A stretch of 63,647 nt of DNA, counting the filler, from Sphacelaria rigidula (taxonomy: Eukaryota): the NCBI GenBank assembly GCA_964200075.2. It is 9 parts of 9 records of this genome, joined end to end, with 100 filler letters (N's around TTAATTAATTAA, not from the genome) between each part and the next. Parts side by side here need not be neighbours in the genome. Positions count along the whole stretch, not along the records: positions 56,666 to 63,647 come from CAXNAA020017093.1; 8 more parts are not named here. One strand, written 5' to 3'. The notes beneath the pieces were generated by a model that did no database searches, was not told the origin of the DNA, and was given only the letters and a program-made list of their open reading frames with translations. The position numbers and the translations under genes are program-made. Shown here piece after piece: positions 62,398-63,647 of the stretch (positions are counted from its first letter, which is position 1; each line of letters begins with the position of its first letter).

Positions 62398-63647
62398 GTG
62401 ACTGTAACACAGTTCGTAGAGGATCTGCAGTACAGTCGCACCTAGTAAAGCGCGGTCGGGGAGAAGGCGCGCGCGCGTGTGTGTGTTTTCACCACCTTTG
62501 ACAACTTTTGCTCAAGAAGATTTACTGTGGTTGATGACATCGCCCCCAGTGTGGTGAGTCTGCCTCTCGGGCGGGTGATTTTGAGTCGCCCTGTTTTTAT
62601 GTCGCCACTCTCTTCAAATCCTTCCCTTTCACGAGAGTGGGACAATCCGTCGTTCCCCCGATCTCCTTGCCTGATATTTCGTTCTCGCGGATTCGATCAG
62701 CACGTGGTTGTTCGTTCCTGACCTGTTTTGTATTGTTCACGAGCATTCCCCTTGACTGTATGAAGGACTATATTTCTCTAACGCCTTTTTAGAAGACATG
62801 TTAGCAGGTGGTCATGCGCGTGTGATGGCGACTGTTACACATATTATTCAGGCTGAACTACCTCTAGGCATATACTTATTATGCTAGTAAAGCCATTTTT
62901 GTGCTTGTAATACTCGCCAACATTCATGCTCGTAAAATGGAAATTATGCTAGATTTATGGTCGCATTTGCAAAAATATATATGCTCGATTATGCTCGCAA
63001 CGTGGAATTTATGCTCGGTTATGCTCGTGATATCCAACAAGGAAATCATTTTCTATCGGATACAGACCCACTGATCACCACATGCATGTGATGTATACCA
63101 TGTACGTAGCATATACTTTGATACGAAGTACTACCTGCATTTATACGGTTGATTGCCGTATCTTCCTGTTGCCATACACGGTAATCAACGCGTTCTATAT
63201 GTACTGCATCGTGTGCTTTATGCTGGCCCCCCACTGACGTATAAACAAGGCATATGTAAGGAAAACTGTTGATTGCAATATCCATCACAATCTGGCACAA
63301 TGAGTGTACGTTGTTCGCATCATGCAGAGGCTGATGCAGACGCATCTCGTCACCACGAAATCATATGATGTGTTCACTCGTCGCATGTCTCATGTCGAAG
63401 AACTCGTGTCCAAGGACAACAAAATACAAAAAAACTGTAGTACCAAACGTTCGCAATAGGCACGGCCTTTGTTGGGATTTTTGTCGCTTATACTCTCCGA
63501 TAGAACTTGAATCTGCTAGCGTCAGTGGGTTTTGGTGAAATAAACAGATCGTCTTCCCCCGTCCCCCCAGTGCCACGGTAACGATGCTCCGTCTCGAAAG
63601 GGATGCGTGGTCAATGGTCAAACGACTAAGGCAAGCAACAAATGAGT

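Noticed and set aside
28334..63647. Functional cluster of HECT ligase, SNF2 ATPase and myosin
   Set aside because: The genes lie on separate contigs joined by artificial linkers.

Overview
This window is not one locus. It is nine unrelated contigs of 6984, 7 x 6983 and 6982 bp, in decreasing length order, joined by 100-bp artificial spacers (N44-TTAATTAATTAA-N44). Short GC-rich exons, long GT-AG introns and dense repeats show the DNA is eukaryotic. My inference from exon style and transposon families is a brown alga (Phaeophyceae) or related stramenopile. Spliced partial genes reconstructed by hand: a secreted SBBP-like beta-propeller repeat protein with a 24-nt microexon (contig 1, minus); the first exon of a divergent membrane protein; the C-terminal HECT domain of a UPL3/TRIP12-like E3 ligase (contig 5); an isolated sulfotransferase-like exon (contig 6); an ATRX/RAD54L2-like SNF2 ATPase with a roughly 480-aa low-complexity insert (contig 7); and a myosin motor domain (contig 9). 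Mobile DNA includes a gag-protease-only Ty1/copia remnant and a full two-LTR copia element with a 5-bp TSD nested in a Ty3/gypsy integrase, whose frame is restored when the insert is removed. There are also a tRNA-derived SINE family, an RTE-LINE fragment, arrays of ~100-bp TTAA/piggyBac-like MITEs, Tourist-like MITEs and a ~930-bp foldback element. I found no rRNA, intact tRNA or CRISPR array, and no convincing new multi-gene system. The best leads are the transposon architectures and unusual gene structures.
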